Made by a program: the position numbers and the translations under genes. Shown one piece after another: positions 41,183 to 50,943 of a stretch of 64,000 bases of DNA. This stretch comes from an uncultured delta proteobacterium (lineage in GTDB: Bacteria > Desulfobacterota > Desulfobacteria > Desulfobacterales > Desulfatirhabdiaceae): positions 288,001 to 352,000 of the forward strand of contig CAWBKP010000022.1 in assembly GCA_963789395.1 (NCBI GenBank), written 5' to 3'. Position 1 is the stretch's first letter; each line of letters opens with the position of its first letter. The notes below the pieces were generated by a model. The model saw only the letters and a list, made by a program, of their open reading frames with translations, was not told the origin of the DNA and made no database searches.

Positions 41183-41247
41183 TAAGGGGACGTACATAAA
41201 TAAATAAGTTATAAGCAAAACAAACTGTTTTATAAGAGAGAACCATG
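41183..41247 (+). mobile_element. Orphan left end of the inverted-repeat-flanked RAYT element (no transposase follows)
   Basis: TAAGGGGACGTACATAAATAAATAAGTT...CTGTTTTATAAGAGAGAACCATG aligns with 52502-52564 up to the transposase ATG; here the ATG is followed by AAT ATT TAA. Confidence 0.72.
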
Positions 41248-41622
41248 AATATTTAAAACGTAAATATTAATATCTTATGCGTCGATATCGATATTATAAG
41301 GCTAATTGCTCATAAAATTGCCTGCGGCGGGGCATTCTGATGCGGCGCTTAAAAATATCGGTTCAATCTGCATGTCAGCGTAAATATTGTATGCGATTGC
41401 CCTGAATGCTTTATAATAAGGATATTGACACACCAACTCCTTCTTGATACGTTCCCACACGTTAATCCAGGTATCTGTCTTCAGTTTAGAAAGACCGCAA
41501 CGCACTTCAATGGCATAGGATAATTCAGCACGCAGGCAGTGTTTCCGCTGATGGAAATGCCTTCAAACCAAGGATGCCTGCATTCTTTTGCATAACCGTG
41601 CAACCATGGAGGAAACGTTTCG

Positions 41623-43056
41623 ATGGAATCATTTGGCACGTATGATCCGGGGGATTATTACGATGAATTGATCGATGCAAACGGCAAACCCCGGCCCGGG
41701 GCCCGACTGCTTGTAGAAAAAATCGAGTCGCTGCCGGACGGGGGTCTGATCATGCGCCAGAAAGCGGCCGATGCCCTGCTCCTTAAAATGGGCATTACCT
41801 TCAATGTCTACGGCGGCGATGCCGGAACCGAAAAGATATTCCCATTCGACATTATTCCCCGCATTGTCTCCGGCAGCGACTGGCGGCAGATTGAAAGCGG
41901 CCTGAAGCAGCGGATCTTTGCTCTGAATGAATTCATACAGGACATCTACAACGAAAAGAAGATTTTAAAAGACAGGGTGGTCCCCGAAGACCTGATTTTC
42001 ACCAGCCGCACCTATCGCAGGGAGTGCGAGGGATTCACGCCGCCCCGGGGCATCTGGTGCCACGTGACAGGCACCGATCTGGTGCGGGACCGAGACGGAC
42101 GCTTTTACGTATTGGAAGACAACCTGCGCTGCCCGTCCGGCGTCTCCTATGTGCTGGAGAACCGCCAGGTGCTAAAACGCACGTTCCACCAGGTGTTCGA
42201 GGCTTCCCGTGTGCGGCCCGTGGATGATTATCCCACCAAACTGCTTGACGTGCTGGAGCATCTTGCTCCGGACCATGTCCAGTCGCCGACCATCGGTGTA
42301 CTGACTCCGGGCATATACAACAGCGCCTATTTCGAGCACTCCTTTCTCTCCCAGCAGATGGGGGTGGAACTGGTGGAAGGCCAGGACCTGGTGGTGTCAG
42401 ACGGGTTCGTTCATATGCTCACCACCAAAGGTCTCAAACGCGTGGACGTCCTCTACCGGCGCATCGATGATGATTTCATCGACCCGGAAGTGTTTCGCCC
42501 GGATTCCCTGCTGGGAGTCAAGGGGCTCATCGGCGTATACAAGGCCGGCCGAATCGCCATGGCCAACGCACCTGGCACCGGCATCGCCGATGACAAGGTG
42601 ATCTACGCCTATGTGCCCAAAATCATCAAATATTATACCGGCGAGGATGCCATCCTGCCCAACGTGCCCACCTATATCTGCCGGGACGACGCAGACCGGG
42701 CATATGTGCTGTCGCACCTGGATCAGCTGGTTGTCAAGGCTGCCAACGAATCCGGCGGATACGGCATGCTGGTGGGTCCCCATGCCACCGAAGCGCAACG
42801 GGCGGAATTCGCCGACAAGATCACGGCCGAACCCCGCAACTACATGGCCCAGCCCACCATTTCGCTTTCCCGGGTGCCCACCATCGTGGGGGATCGCATC
42901 GAGGGGCGTCATGTGGATCTCAGGCCCTATGTGCTCTTTGGCAAGGAAATTTATGTTCAGCCCGGCGGACTGACCCGAGTGGCGCTGACCAGAGGATCCC
43001 TGGTCGTCAACTCTTCCCAGGGCGGCGGAAGCAAGGATACCTGGGTACTGGAATAA
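41623..43056 (+). CDS. Circularly permuted type-2 ATP-grasp protein (DUF404/DUF407)
   Basis: [23 protein letters not shown]...[56 protein letters not shown]...[15 protein letters not shown]. Confidence 0.93.
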   Translation: MESFGTYDPGDYYDELIDANGKPRPGARLLVEKIESLPDGGLIMRQKAADALLLKMGITFNVYGGDAGTEKIFPFDIIPRIVSGSDWRQIESGLKQRIFALNEFIQDIYNEKKILKDRVVPEDLIFTSRTYRRECEGFTPPRGIWCHVTGTDLVRDRDGRFYVLEDNLRCPSGVSYVLENRQVLKRTFHQVFEASRVRPVDDYPTKLLDVLEHLAPDHVQSPTIGVLTPGIYNSAYFEHSFLSQQMGVELVEGQDLVVSDGFVHMLTTKGLKRVDVLYRRIDDDFIDPEVFRPDSLLGVKGLIGVYKAGRIAMANAPGTGIADDKVIYAYVPKIIKYYTGEDAILPNVPTYICRDDADRAYVLSHLDQLVVKAANESGGYGMLVGPHATEAQRAEFADKITAEPRNYMAQPTISLSRVPTIVGDRIEGRHVDLRPYVLFGKEIYVQPGGLTRVALTRGSLVVNSSQGGGSKDTWVLE

Positions 43057-43069
43057 CGGAGGAATGTCG

Positions 43070-44044
43070 ATGCTCAGTCGCGTGGCCAATTCAATCTACT
43101 GGATGTGCCGATATATCGAACGGGCGGAAAATGTGGCCCGCTTCATCAGCGTCAATCTCAACCTGCTGCTGGACATGCCCTCTGAAAAGGGCAAACACTG
43201 GGAGCCGCTGGTGCTGATCACCGGCGACCAGCAGCTGTTCGAAAAAAAATACCCGAACTACGATCAGGAGGCGGTGATCCGATTTCTGACGTTTGACCGG
43301 GAATACCCCAATTCCATCCTGAGCTGCCTGGTGGCGGCGCGGGAAAACGGCCGATCCATTCGTGAAATCATCTCCTCGGAGATGTGGGAGCACTTGAACA
43401 CTTTCTATCTGGAACTGGCTGACTCCCAGAGCCTGACCATGGCCCTGGAGGATCCCCACCGCTTTTTCAAGATCATCCAGATGCGCAGCCACCTGTTCAC
43501 CGGTCTGATGGATTCCACCATGAGCCATGGCGAGGCCTGGAATTTCGCCCGCATCGGCATGATGCTGGAGAGGGCTGACAAAACCTCCCGGATTCTGGAT
43601 GTCAAGTATTTCATGCTGCTGCCCCAGGCGGATATGGTGAACTCACCCATCGACAACATCCAGTGGACGGCGGTGCTCAAATCCGCCAGCGCCTTCGAGA
43701 TGTTCCGCAAGGCGCATCACCACATCACCCCTCGAAAGGTTGCCGGTTTCTTGATTTTCGACAGCCATTTCCCGCGCTCCATCCACCATTGCGTCTCCAA
43801 AGCACAGGTCTGCCTGTACCGGATCACCGGATCACCGCCCGGATCGGCCACCAATGCCGCCGAAAAACGGCTGGGCCGCCTCAAGGCGGACCTGGAGTAC
43901 ACGGATATCGACGAGGTGATCGATCAGGGGCTGCACGAGTATCTGGACGGCCTGCAAACCCGGCTCAATCAGGTGGACGCTGCTATCGGCGCCACCTTTT
44001 TCAACCTTAAACCCCTGACCGAGGTGTCCACCAACGAGCAGTAG
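43070..44044 (+). CDS. Alpha-E domain protein (DUF403)
   Basis: MLSRVANSIYWMCRYIERAEN, ARENGRSIREIIS.EMWE, LERADKTSRILDVK, FPRSI. Confidence 0.93.
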   Translation: MLSRVANSIYWMCRYIERAENVARFISVNLNLLLDMPSEKGKHWEPLVLITGDQQLFEKKYPNYDQEAVIRFLTFDREYPNSILSCLVAARENGRSIREIISSEMWEHLNTFYLELADSQSLTMALEDPHRFFKIIQMRSHLFTGLMDSTMSHGEAWNFARIGMMLERADKTSRILDVKYFMLLPQADMVNSPIDNIQWTAVLKSASAFEMFRKAHHHITPRKVAGFLIFDSHFPRSIHHCVSKAQVCLYRITGSPPGSATNAAEKRLGRLKADLEYTDIDEVIDQGLHEYLDGLQTRLNQVDAAIGATFFNLKPLTEVSTNEQ

Positions 44045-44100
44045 CGGCTTGCCGCTTTCAAACGTCGCTTTATGTCCATGACTCACCGAAAGGAAGACCC

Positions 44101-47100
44101 ATGGGAATCCATGTTGCCCTGAACCACAAGTCCTCATATCGCTATGACCGGCGTATCTCCCTGTCCCCCCACATCGTCCGGCTGCGGCCCGCCCCCCATT
44201 GCCGGACGCCGATTCTGAGCTACTCCATGACGGTGACTCCGAAAACGCATTTCATCAACTGGCAGCAGGATCCTTTCAGCAACTACCTGGGGCGCCTGGT
44301 GTTTCCGGAAAAGACCGACACGTTTCAGGTGGAAGTGGATCTGGTGGCGGAAATGATCATCATCAACCCCTTTGATTTTTTTCTGGAACCCGATGCCGAG
44401 ACCTTTCCCTTTGAATATGAGCCGGGGCTCAAGTTGGACCTGGGGCCTTATCTGGCCCGGGAACCGGCGGGCGAAAAGCTTAAAGCCTATCTGGCCCGGA
44501 TCGACCGCAGCCCCAAGCAGACCAATGATTTTTTTGTTGATCTGAACCTGAAGCTCAGCCGTGACATCCGCTATCTCATCCGCATGGAACCCAACGTGCA
44601 AAGCTGCGAGCAGACACTAACACTGGGCAGCGGTTCCTGCCGGGATTCGGCATGGCTGCTGGTGAATATCCTGCGGCATCTGGGCCTGGCCGCCCGCTTT
44701 GTCTCCGGGTACCTGATCCAGCTGGCGCCCGATATCAAATCCCTGGACGGTCCCTCAGGGCCGGAAGCCGACTTCACCGACCTGCATGCCTGGACCGAGG
44801 TCTACATTCCCGGAGCCGGCTGGGTGGGTATGGATCCGACCTCCGGGCTCTTTGCCGGCGAGGGGCATATCCCGCTGGCCTGCTCGCCCGAACCCCAGAG
44901 CGCGGCTCCCATCACCGGCGGCCTTGAAAAATGCGAGGTGGAATTCAGCCATGCCATGACCGTGCGGCGGATTCGTGAAGCACCCCGCTCCACGCGACCC
45001 TACCCGGAAGAGATCTGGAATGCCATCGAAGACCTGGGGGATCGGGTGGACCGCCAACTTGCGGATGCGGATGTCCGCCTGACCATGGGCGGGGAACCCA
45101 CATTTGTCTCCATCGACGACATGGACGGCGCCCAGTGGAACACTGCGGCCCTGGGGGCGGAGAAGCAGCATCTGGCCGAAACCCTGATCAAACGTCTGCG
45201 GCAGAACTGGGCCCCCGGCGCAATGCTGCATTACGGCATGGGAAAATGGTACCCGGGTGAATCCCTGCCCCGATGGGCACTGGGCTGCTACTGGCGAAAA
45301 GACGGCCAGCCGGTGTGGGCCGACGACCAATGGCTTGCCGATACTTCCACGGACTACGGCTTTGGCGTTCCCGATGCCAAAATCTTTATCGAAACCCTGG
45401 CCGACACGCTGGGGGTGGGCCGTCGCTTCATCCGCGAAGGCTATGAGGATATCTTTCATTACCTTTACAAGGAGAGTCGGTTGCCGGTAAATGTGGACCT
45501 TGCCGACCCCAAGCTGGATGATCCCGAGATCCGGGCACGCATGGTGGCTACCTTCCAGCGCGGACTGGGGGCGGTGGTGAGTTACGTCCTGCCCCTGCAG
45601 CACGGTTCCTGGAAGAGCGGTCCCTGGCCTTTCCGGGGAGAGCACTTGTTCCTGCTGCCCGGAGATTCTCCGGCCGGGCTGCGTCTGCCCCTGGAGTCTC
45701 TGCCATGGGTTTCCAAGGCGGATTTTTCATTTGACCATCCGCTGGACCCCATGGCCGACCGGGGGCCGCTGCCGTACCTTCACGAAGACCAGCTGGTTCT
45801 ATCTGGGAGGCCGGCAGAGGAGCTGAGGGACGGTCTGCGGACCCAGCCGGAAGCCTTTGACGACCCGGTGCCGGCTGCCGGAGAATCCGCTGCCTGGCTG
45901 GTGCGAACCGCCCTGTGCATTCAGCCCCGCCAAGGCCGGCTGTATGTGTTCATGCCGCCGGTGGCCTCCCTGGAAGGGTATCTGGAACTTCTGGCCGCCA
46001 TCGAAGCAACCGCCGCGAAGACCCGGCTGCCGGTCGTGATCGAAGGCTACACGCCGCCCTATGATCCGCGCCTGGAGTGTCTGAAAGTCACCCCGGACCC
46101 CGGGGTCATCGAGGTGAACATCCAGCCCATGCACAGCTGGCGGCAGATGGTGGACTTTACCACGTCGCTTTACGAAACAGCCCGCCTGACCCGCCTGGGA
46201 ACGGAAAAATTCATGATGGACGGCCGCCACACCGGAACCGGCGGCGGCAACCACATCGTTATCGGCGGCGCAACGCCGGCGGACAGTCCCTTTCTGCGGC
46301 GGCCTGACCTCCTGCGCAGCTTTGTCACTTTCTGGAACAACCATCCGTCGCTCTCGTTTCTTTTTTCCGGCCTCTTTATCGGCCCCACCAGCCAGCAGCC
46401 GCGCATCGACGAAGCCCGGCACGACAGCCTCTATGAACTGGAGATCGCCTTTGCCGAACTGGATCGGCAAACGGGTCCGGACCGGCCATGTCCGCCGTGG
46501 CTGGTGGATCGACTGTTCCGCCACCTGCTGGTGGACGTCACCGGCAACACCCACCGGGCGGAATTCTGCATCGACAAGCTTTTTTCCCCGGACAGCGCCG
46601 CCGGAAGGCTGGGGCTGCTGGAGTTCCGGTCCTTTGAGATGCCGCCCCACGCCCGAATGAGCTTGGCCCAGCAACTGCTCCTGCGCATTTTTGTGGCCTG
46701 GTTCTGGCAGACGCCTTACCGCCGGGACCTGGTGCGGTGGGGCACGCTGCTTCATGACCGCTTCATGCTGCCCCAGCCGATCCGCGATGATTTTGCGGAC
46801 GTACTAAAGACATTGAATCAGGCAGGGTTTCCGGTCTCGATGGATTTTTTCCATCCCCATTTCGAGTTTCGCTTCCCCATCTACGGCAAGGTGGAGAGCC
46901 AGGGCATGGAAATCGAGCTTCGCCAGGCCCTGGAACCCTGGCATGTGCTGGGCGAGGAGCCCGGCGGCGGGGGGACAGCCCGTTACGTGGACTCTTCAGT
47001 GGAGCGGCTCCAGGTAAAGATCTCCGGCATGACCGGAGAGCGCCACATTCTCACCTGTAACGGGCGGCGCGTGCCCCTTCAGCCCACCACCGCGGCCGGT

Positions 47101-47421
47101 GTGTTCGTGGCCGGGGTCCGGTACCGGGCCTGGCAGCCGCCGGCCTGTCTGCATCCCACTATCGGCGTGCATACCCCCCTGGTGATCGACGTGCTGGACA
47201 CCTGGTCCGGCCGGGCCGTCGGCGGATGCTCGTATCACGTGGGCCATCCGGGTGGCCGCCACCACGACGTGTTCCCCGTCAACGCCTATGAGGCCGAAGG
47301 CCGGCGCAATGCGCGGTTTGCTCCCGGCGGCCACACTCCCGGGATACGTGAGGTGATCCCGGCGGTGGAACCCAATCCCTGTTTTCCGTATACCCTTGAC
47401 TTGCGGCGGCGAACGGGTTAA
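44101..47421 (+). CDS. Transglutaminase-like domain fused to DUF2126 putative COOH-NH2 (amido)ligase
   Basis: RLRPAPH, GSCRDSAW (Cys), DLHAW (His), GMDPT (Asp); DUF2126 motifs MGGEPTFVS, GKWYPGE, TPDPGVIEVN, GGGNH, NTHRAEFCIDKL, RLGLLEFRSFEMPPH. Confidence 0.92.
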   Translation: MGIHVALNHKSSYRYDRRISLSPHIVRLRPAPHCRTPILSYSMTVTPKTHFINWQQDPFSNYLGRLVFPEKTDTFQVEVDLVAEMIIINPFDFFLEPDAETFPFEYEPGLKLDLGPYLAREPAGEKLKAYLARIDRSPKQTNDFFVDLNLKLSRDIRYLIRMEPNVQSCEQTLTLGSGSCRDSAWLLVNILRHLGLAARFVSGYLIQLAPDIKSLDGPSGPEADFTDLHAWTEVYIPGAGWVGMDPTSGLFAGEGHIPLACSPEPQSAAPITGGLEKCEVEFSHAMTVRRIREAPRSTRPYPEEIWNAIEDLGDRVDRQLADADVRLTMGGEPTFVSIDDMDGAQWNTAALGAEKQHLAETLIKRLRQNWAPGAMLHYGMGKWYPGESLPRWALGCYWRKDGQPVWADDQWLADTSTDYGFGVPDAKIFIETLADTLGVGRRFIREGYEDIFHYLYKESRLPVNVDLADPKLDDPEIRARMVATFQRGLGAVVSYVLPLQHGSWKSGPWPFRGEHLFLLPGDSPAGLRLPLESLPWVSKADFSFDHPLDPMADRGPLPYLHEDQLVLSGRPAEELRDGLRTQPEAFDDPVPAAGESAAWLVRTALCIQPRQGRLYVFMPPVASLEGYLELLAAIEATAAKTRLPVVIEGYTPPYDPRLECLKVTPDPGVIEVNIQPMHSWRQMVDFTTSLYETARLTRLGTEKFMMDGRHTGTGGGNHIVIGGATPADSPFLRRPDLLRSFVTFWNNHPSLSFLFSGLFIGPTSQQPRIDEARHDSLYELEIAFAELDRQTGPDRPCPPWLVDRLFRHLLVDVTGNTHRAEFCIDKLFSPDSAAGRLGLLEFRSFEMPPHARMSLAQQLLLRIFVAWFWQTPYRRDLVRWGTLLHDRFMLPQPIRDDFADVLKTLNQAGFPVSMDFFHPHFEFRFPIYGKVESQGMEIELRQALEPWHVLGEEPGGGGTARYVDSSVERLQVKISGMTGERHILTCNGRRVPLQPTTAAGVFVAGVRYRAWQPPACLHPTIGVHTPLVIDVLDTWSGRAVGGCSYHVGHPGGRHHDVFPVNAYEAEGRRNARFAPGGHTPGIREVIPAVEPNPCFPYTLDLRRRTG

Positions 47422-47439
47422 ATCGGGCACGAACATCCC

Positions 47440-50001
47440 ATGCTGCAGGACGGCGGGACCCAATACGAGACATCATATATGATCAAGGCAGACATTACCG
47501 ATCCGGCGCCACCACTACCCGTGCCGCCTTCCCTGTTCGGCACGCTCGCTTGTCCGAGCGACGCCTATTGTGAGGCATTGCTGTCTCCTGCAGTGCCCCG
47601 TGAACACTGGCAGCCGATCATCGCTGCATTGGATGCCTCGGGGCCCGATGTGCTCAGCCAGCGCCAGGACAGGGTCAGGCGCATGCGACACGAGGACGGG
47701 GCCACCTTCAACCCCTTCGATGACCCGAGTGGCCGGGGGACTCCCTGGGCACTGGAAATGATCCCGCTGCCCCTCACCGCGGGGGAATGGGCGGGACTGG
47801 AGACAGGTTTGACGCAGCGGGCACTTCTGCTGGAAAAAATCCTGGCGGACGTTTACGGGCCCCAGAACCTGCTGAAGGCCGGGTGCATTCCGCCGGAGCT
47901 GATCTTTGCCAATCCCCGGTTTCTGCGAACCTGTCACGGCATTCAACCTGCTGGAAACCGGTTTCTGACCTATTACGCGGCCGACCTGTACCGGGGCGCG
48001 GACGGATGCTTCAAGGTGCTTCGGGATTACGGGGCAAATCCGTCCGGCCTGGGATATGCCCTGGAGAACCGGATCGTGATTTCGCGGGTTTTTTCCGAGC
48101 TCTACCATAAAACCCAGATCCGCCGGCTTGCGCCGTTTTTTCAAACCTTTCACCGAAGCCTGATCCAGCGTGCAACCCGACAGCGGGAGAACACCGGCAT
48201 CGTGCTGCTCTCTCCGGGGCCGGAAAGCCGCATCTACTTCGAGCATGCCCTGCTTTCCCGATATCTGGGCTATCCCCTGGTGGAGGGCCAGGATCTGACC
48301 GTACGTAACGGCAAGGTGTTTCTCAAGAAACTGGCCGGTCTGGAGCCGGTGGAGGCTATTTTCCGGCATACCGAGGACGAGAGCAGCGATCCCTTCGCCC
48401 TGCGGCGGGGAACGGCAGACGGGGTGGCGGGACTCATTCAGGTCTGCCGGGAGCAGCATATCGACCTTGTCAACCCCATCGGCAGCGGGTTTGCGGAGAC
48501 GCCGGTTCTGCCGGTCTTCCTGCCCGGGCTCTGCCGCCGCCTGATGGGAACGGAGTTGATACTGGAAAGCCATCCGTCATGGTGGTGCGGCAGCGCCGAG
48601 GGGCTGAACCACGTTCTGGCGAATATAGATCAATTGTCGGTGTATCCGGCCATGGAACCGGCGGCATCCGTTCTTCCGGCCGACCTGACGGCGGCGATTC
48701 AGGCCGCGCCCCGTGCGTTCATGGCGAGGGGACCGGTTTTCCCTGCCGTGGCGCCCGCCTGGAATCAAAGCAGCGTGAGCGTCCGCCACACCCTGTTGCG
48801 GGTCTTTGCCTGCGCAACGGAAGATGGGTTTAGCGTCATGTCCGGCGGTCTGGCCATCACCGCCCCGGATGTGGAAACATTGATTGGCGACTGCTTGGAA
48901 CGGCAACAGAGCAAGGACATCTGGGTGCTTTCCGAACAGCCGGTGGAACCTTTCAGCCTCATGGGCGGACTTCAGGCCGTGACCGAATTCCGGCGCAGCA
49001 GCGATCTTCCCAGCCGGGTAGCGGATCACTTGCTGTGGCTGGGCCGCTACCTGGAGCGGGCCGAGGGGCTGGTCCGGCTCCTGCGGTCCGTCTTCCGCAG
49101 GCTTTCCGGCGAAGCCCGTACAGGAGATATCCCCGATCTGCCGTTTCTGCTGAAACTTCTCATGGCGGAAAACACCATTCCCCGATCTGCCGGCAACGCA
49201 GAAGGCAACCCCTTCTATCCCGAGCTGTCGGCCCACCTGAATGCCGCCTTGTACCGCAAGGATCATCCCGCAAGCGTGGTCTCCATTCTTATTCGGGTGC
49301 AGGAGGCGGCCCGGAACGTGCGCGATCGGCTCTCCCTGGACTGCTGGCGGGTGATCAACCGGCTGGACGGATTTGCCGATACCCCGGCAGGTGACCCGCT
49401 GGATCTTCTGGATGACACGCTGTTTACCCTGAGCGCCTTCAGCGGGCTGGCTATGGAGAGCATGACCCGTGGTCTGGGGTGGCGCTTCATGGATATGGGA
49501 CGCCGGGTGGAGCGGGCCTTGAACCTGACCGGCCTGATCCGTATCGGCATTCCCCTGGTTTGCACCGAATCCCGAAGCGCTCTGGAGGCGCTGTTGGAGG
49601 TGGCTGACAGCATCATGACCTACCGGGCACGATACCGAACGGATTTTCAGCTGGCGCCGGTGCTGGACCTGCTGCTTGTGGACGAAAGCAATCCCAAATC
49701 CCTGGCATTCCAGTTCAGCCATCTGGCAGCCCATGTGGAGCACCTGCCCCGGCAGAGCGACCGGCGCTATGCCAGTCCGGAGGAGCGCATGGCGCTGGAG
49801 ATGCTCACCGCCGTGCGTCTGGTGGATCTTGCCGGCCTGGGCTGCGACGACGGCGGCGCCAAAACCGAGTCATTGGCGGGTTTTCTTAACTCCCTGGAGA
49901 GCCGCCTGAAAGAATTCGCCCAGCAGGTCAGCGCCCACTATCTGAGCCGGGTTCCGGCAACGCCCCATTTCTCCATGATTCCCGGCGACCGCAACCCATG
50001 A
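47440..50001 (+). CDS. Circularly permuted ATP-grasp fused to alpha-E domain
   Basis: PSGLGYALENR, YFEHALLSRYLGYPLVEGQDL, SKDIWV, then LPSRVADHLLWLGRYLERAE, ESMTRGLGWRFMDMGRRVER, DESNPKSLAFQ. Confidence 0.9.
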   Translation: MLQDGGTQYETSYMIKADITDPAPPLPVPPSLFGTLACPSDAYCEALLSPAVPREHWQPIIAALDASGPDVLSQRQDRVRRMRHEDGATFNPFDDPSGRGTPWALEMIPLPLTAGEWAGLETGLTQRALLLEKILADVYGPQNLLKAGCIPPELIFANPRFLRTCHGIQPAGNRFLTYYAADLYRGADGCFKVLRDYGANPSGLGYALENRIVISRVFSELYHKTQIRRLAPFFQTFHRSLIQRATRQRENTGIVLLSPGPESRIYFEHALLSRYLGYPLVEGQDLTVRNGKVFLKKLAGLEPVEAIFRHTEDESSDPFALRRGTADGVAGLIQVCREQHIDLVNPIGSGFAETPVLPVFLPGLCRRLMGTELILESHPSWWCGSAEGLNHVLANIDQLSVYPAMEPAASVLPADLTAAIQAAPRAFMARGPVFPAVAPAWNQSSVSVRHTLLRVFACATEDGFSVMSGGLAITAPDVETLIGDCLERQQSKDIWVLSEQPVEPFSLMGGLQAVTEFRRSSDLPSRVADHLLWLGRYLERAEGLVRLLRSVFRRLSGEARTGDIPDLPFLLKLLMAENTIPRSAGNAEGNPFYPELSAHLNAALYRKDHPASVVSILIRVQEAARNVRDRLSLDCWRVINRLDGFADTPAGDPLDLLDDTLFTLSAFSGLAMESMTRGLGWRFMDMGRRVERALNLTGLIRIGIPLVCTESRSALEALLEVADSIMTYRARYRTDFQLAPVLDLLLVDESNPKSLAFQFSHLAAHVEHLPRQSDRRYASPEERMALEMLTAVRLVDLAGLGCDDGGAKTESLAGFLNSLESRLKEFAQQVSAHYLSRVPATPHFSMIPGDRNP

Positions 50002-50873
50002 AATACCGGATCATTCATAAAACGGCATACCGCTATTCGGAGCCGGCCTCTCTGTCCCAGAACGAACTGCTCCTGCATCCTCGTGAGACCGTTACCCAGA
50101 GAGTAGTCCAAAGCCGATTGGACATTGTACCAGAGCCCCAATACCTGCACCGGCGGATCGATTACTTCGGCAACATCGTCCAGATTTTCATGGTGCAGCA
50201 CCCTCACAACGAGCTGGCCATGACCGCCACCAGCAGGGTGGAAACGACACCGCCTGTCACACCGGCTCCGGCAGGCACGCCCCCCTGGGAGACCGTGGCC
50301 CGGCGGCTGGCCGTCCATGAGGACACTGCGGAACTGGATGCCTGCCAGTTTGTATTTGCCAGTCCGATGATTGCGATCAATCCTGGCGCCATGGCCTATG
50401 TGCGGCCATCCTTTCCGCCGGGGGTTCCCGTGCTGGCGGGCGCCTTGGATCTGATGCGGCGGATTTTTGCGGAATTCTCCTACGACAAGTCTGCCACCAC
50501 CGTGGATACTTCCGTGGATCAGGTGTTGGCAAGCCGCAAAGGGGTGTGCCAGGATTTCGCCCACCTTGCCATCAGCTGCCTGAGGGCGCTGGGGCTGGCG
50601 GCCCGTTATGTGAGCGGCTATCTGGAAACGGCGCCGCCGCCTGGAAAACCCAGGCTGGTCGGTGCGGACGCATCCCATGCCTGGATCTCCCTGTTCGTTC
50701 CGGATACGGGCTGGGTGGATCTGGATCCCACCAACAACCTGATCCCCGGTGAAAACCATATCACCCTTGCCTGGGGGAGGGATTACGGCGACGTCACCCC
50801 GGTGAAAGGAGTGGTAATGGGCGGCGGGTTGCACACGCTGTCCGTGATGGTGGATGTATCGGCGCAGGAATGA
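49998..50873 (+). CDS. Transglutaminase-family protein with N-terminal bacterial TG domain
   Basis: MKYRIIHKTAYRY, DYFGN, GVCQDFAH, RYVSGYL, ASHAW, DLDPTN, GRDYGDVTP; ATGA overlap with the upstream gene. Confidence 0.93.
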   Translation: MKYRIIHKTAYRYSEPASLSQNELLLHPRETVTQRVVQSRLDIVPEPQYLHRRIDYFGNIVQIFMVQHPHNELAMTATSRVETTPPVTPAPAGTPPWETVARRLAVHEDTAELDACQFVFASPMIAINPGAMAYVRPSFPPGVPVLAGALDLMRRIFAEFSYDKSATTVDTSVDQVLASRKGVCQDFAHLAISCLRALGLAARYVSGYLETAPPPGKPRLVGADASHAWISLFVPDTGWVDLDPTNNLIPGENHITLAWGRDYGDVTPVKGVVMGGGLHTLSVMVDVSAQE

Positions 50874-50943
50874 CGAAGATGGATGCTGATCGCTGTTTTG
50901 TACTGCTCATTGAACTCGCAGCGGTATCAGAAACGCCATGGAG

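Noticed and set aside
40803..41505. Short ORFs between mscS and the ATP-grasp operon
   Set aside because: Overlapping, with no convincing RBS or recognisable domain; treated as non-coding
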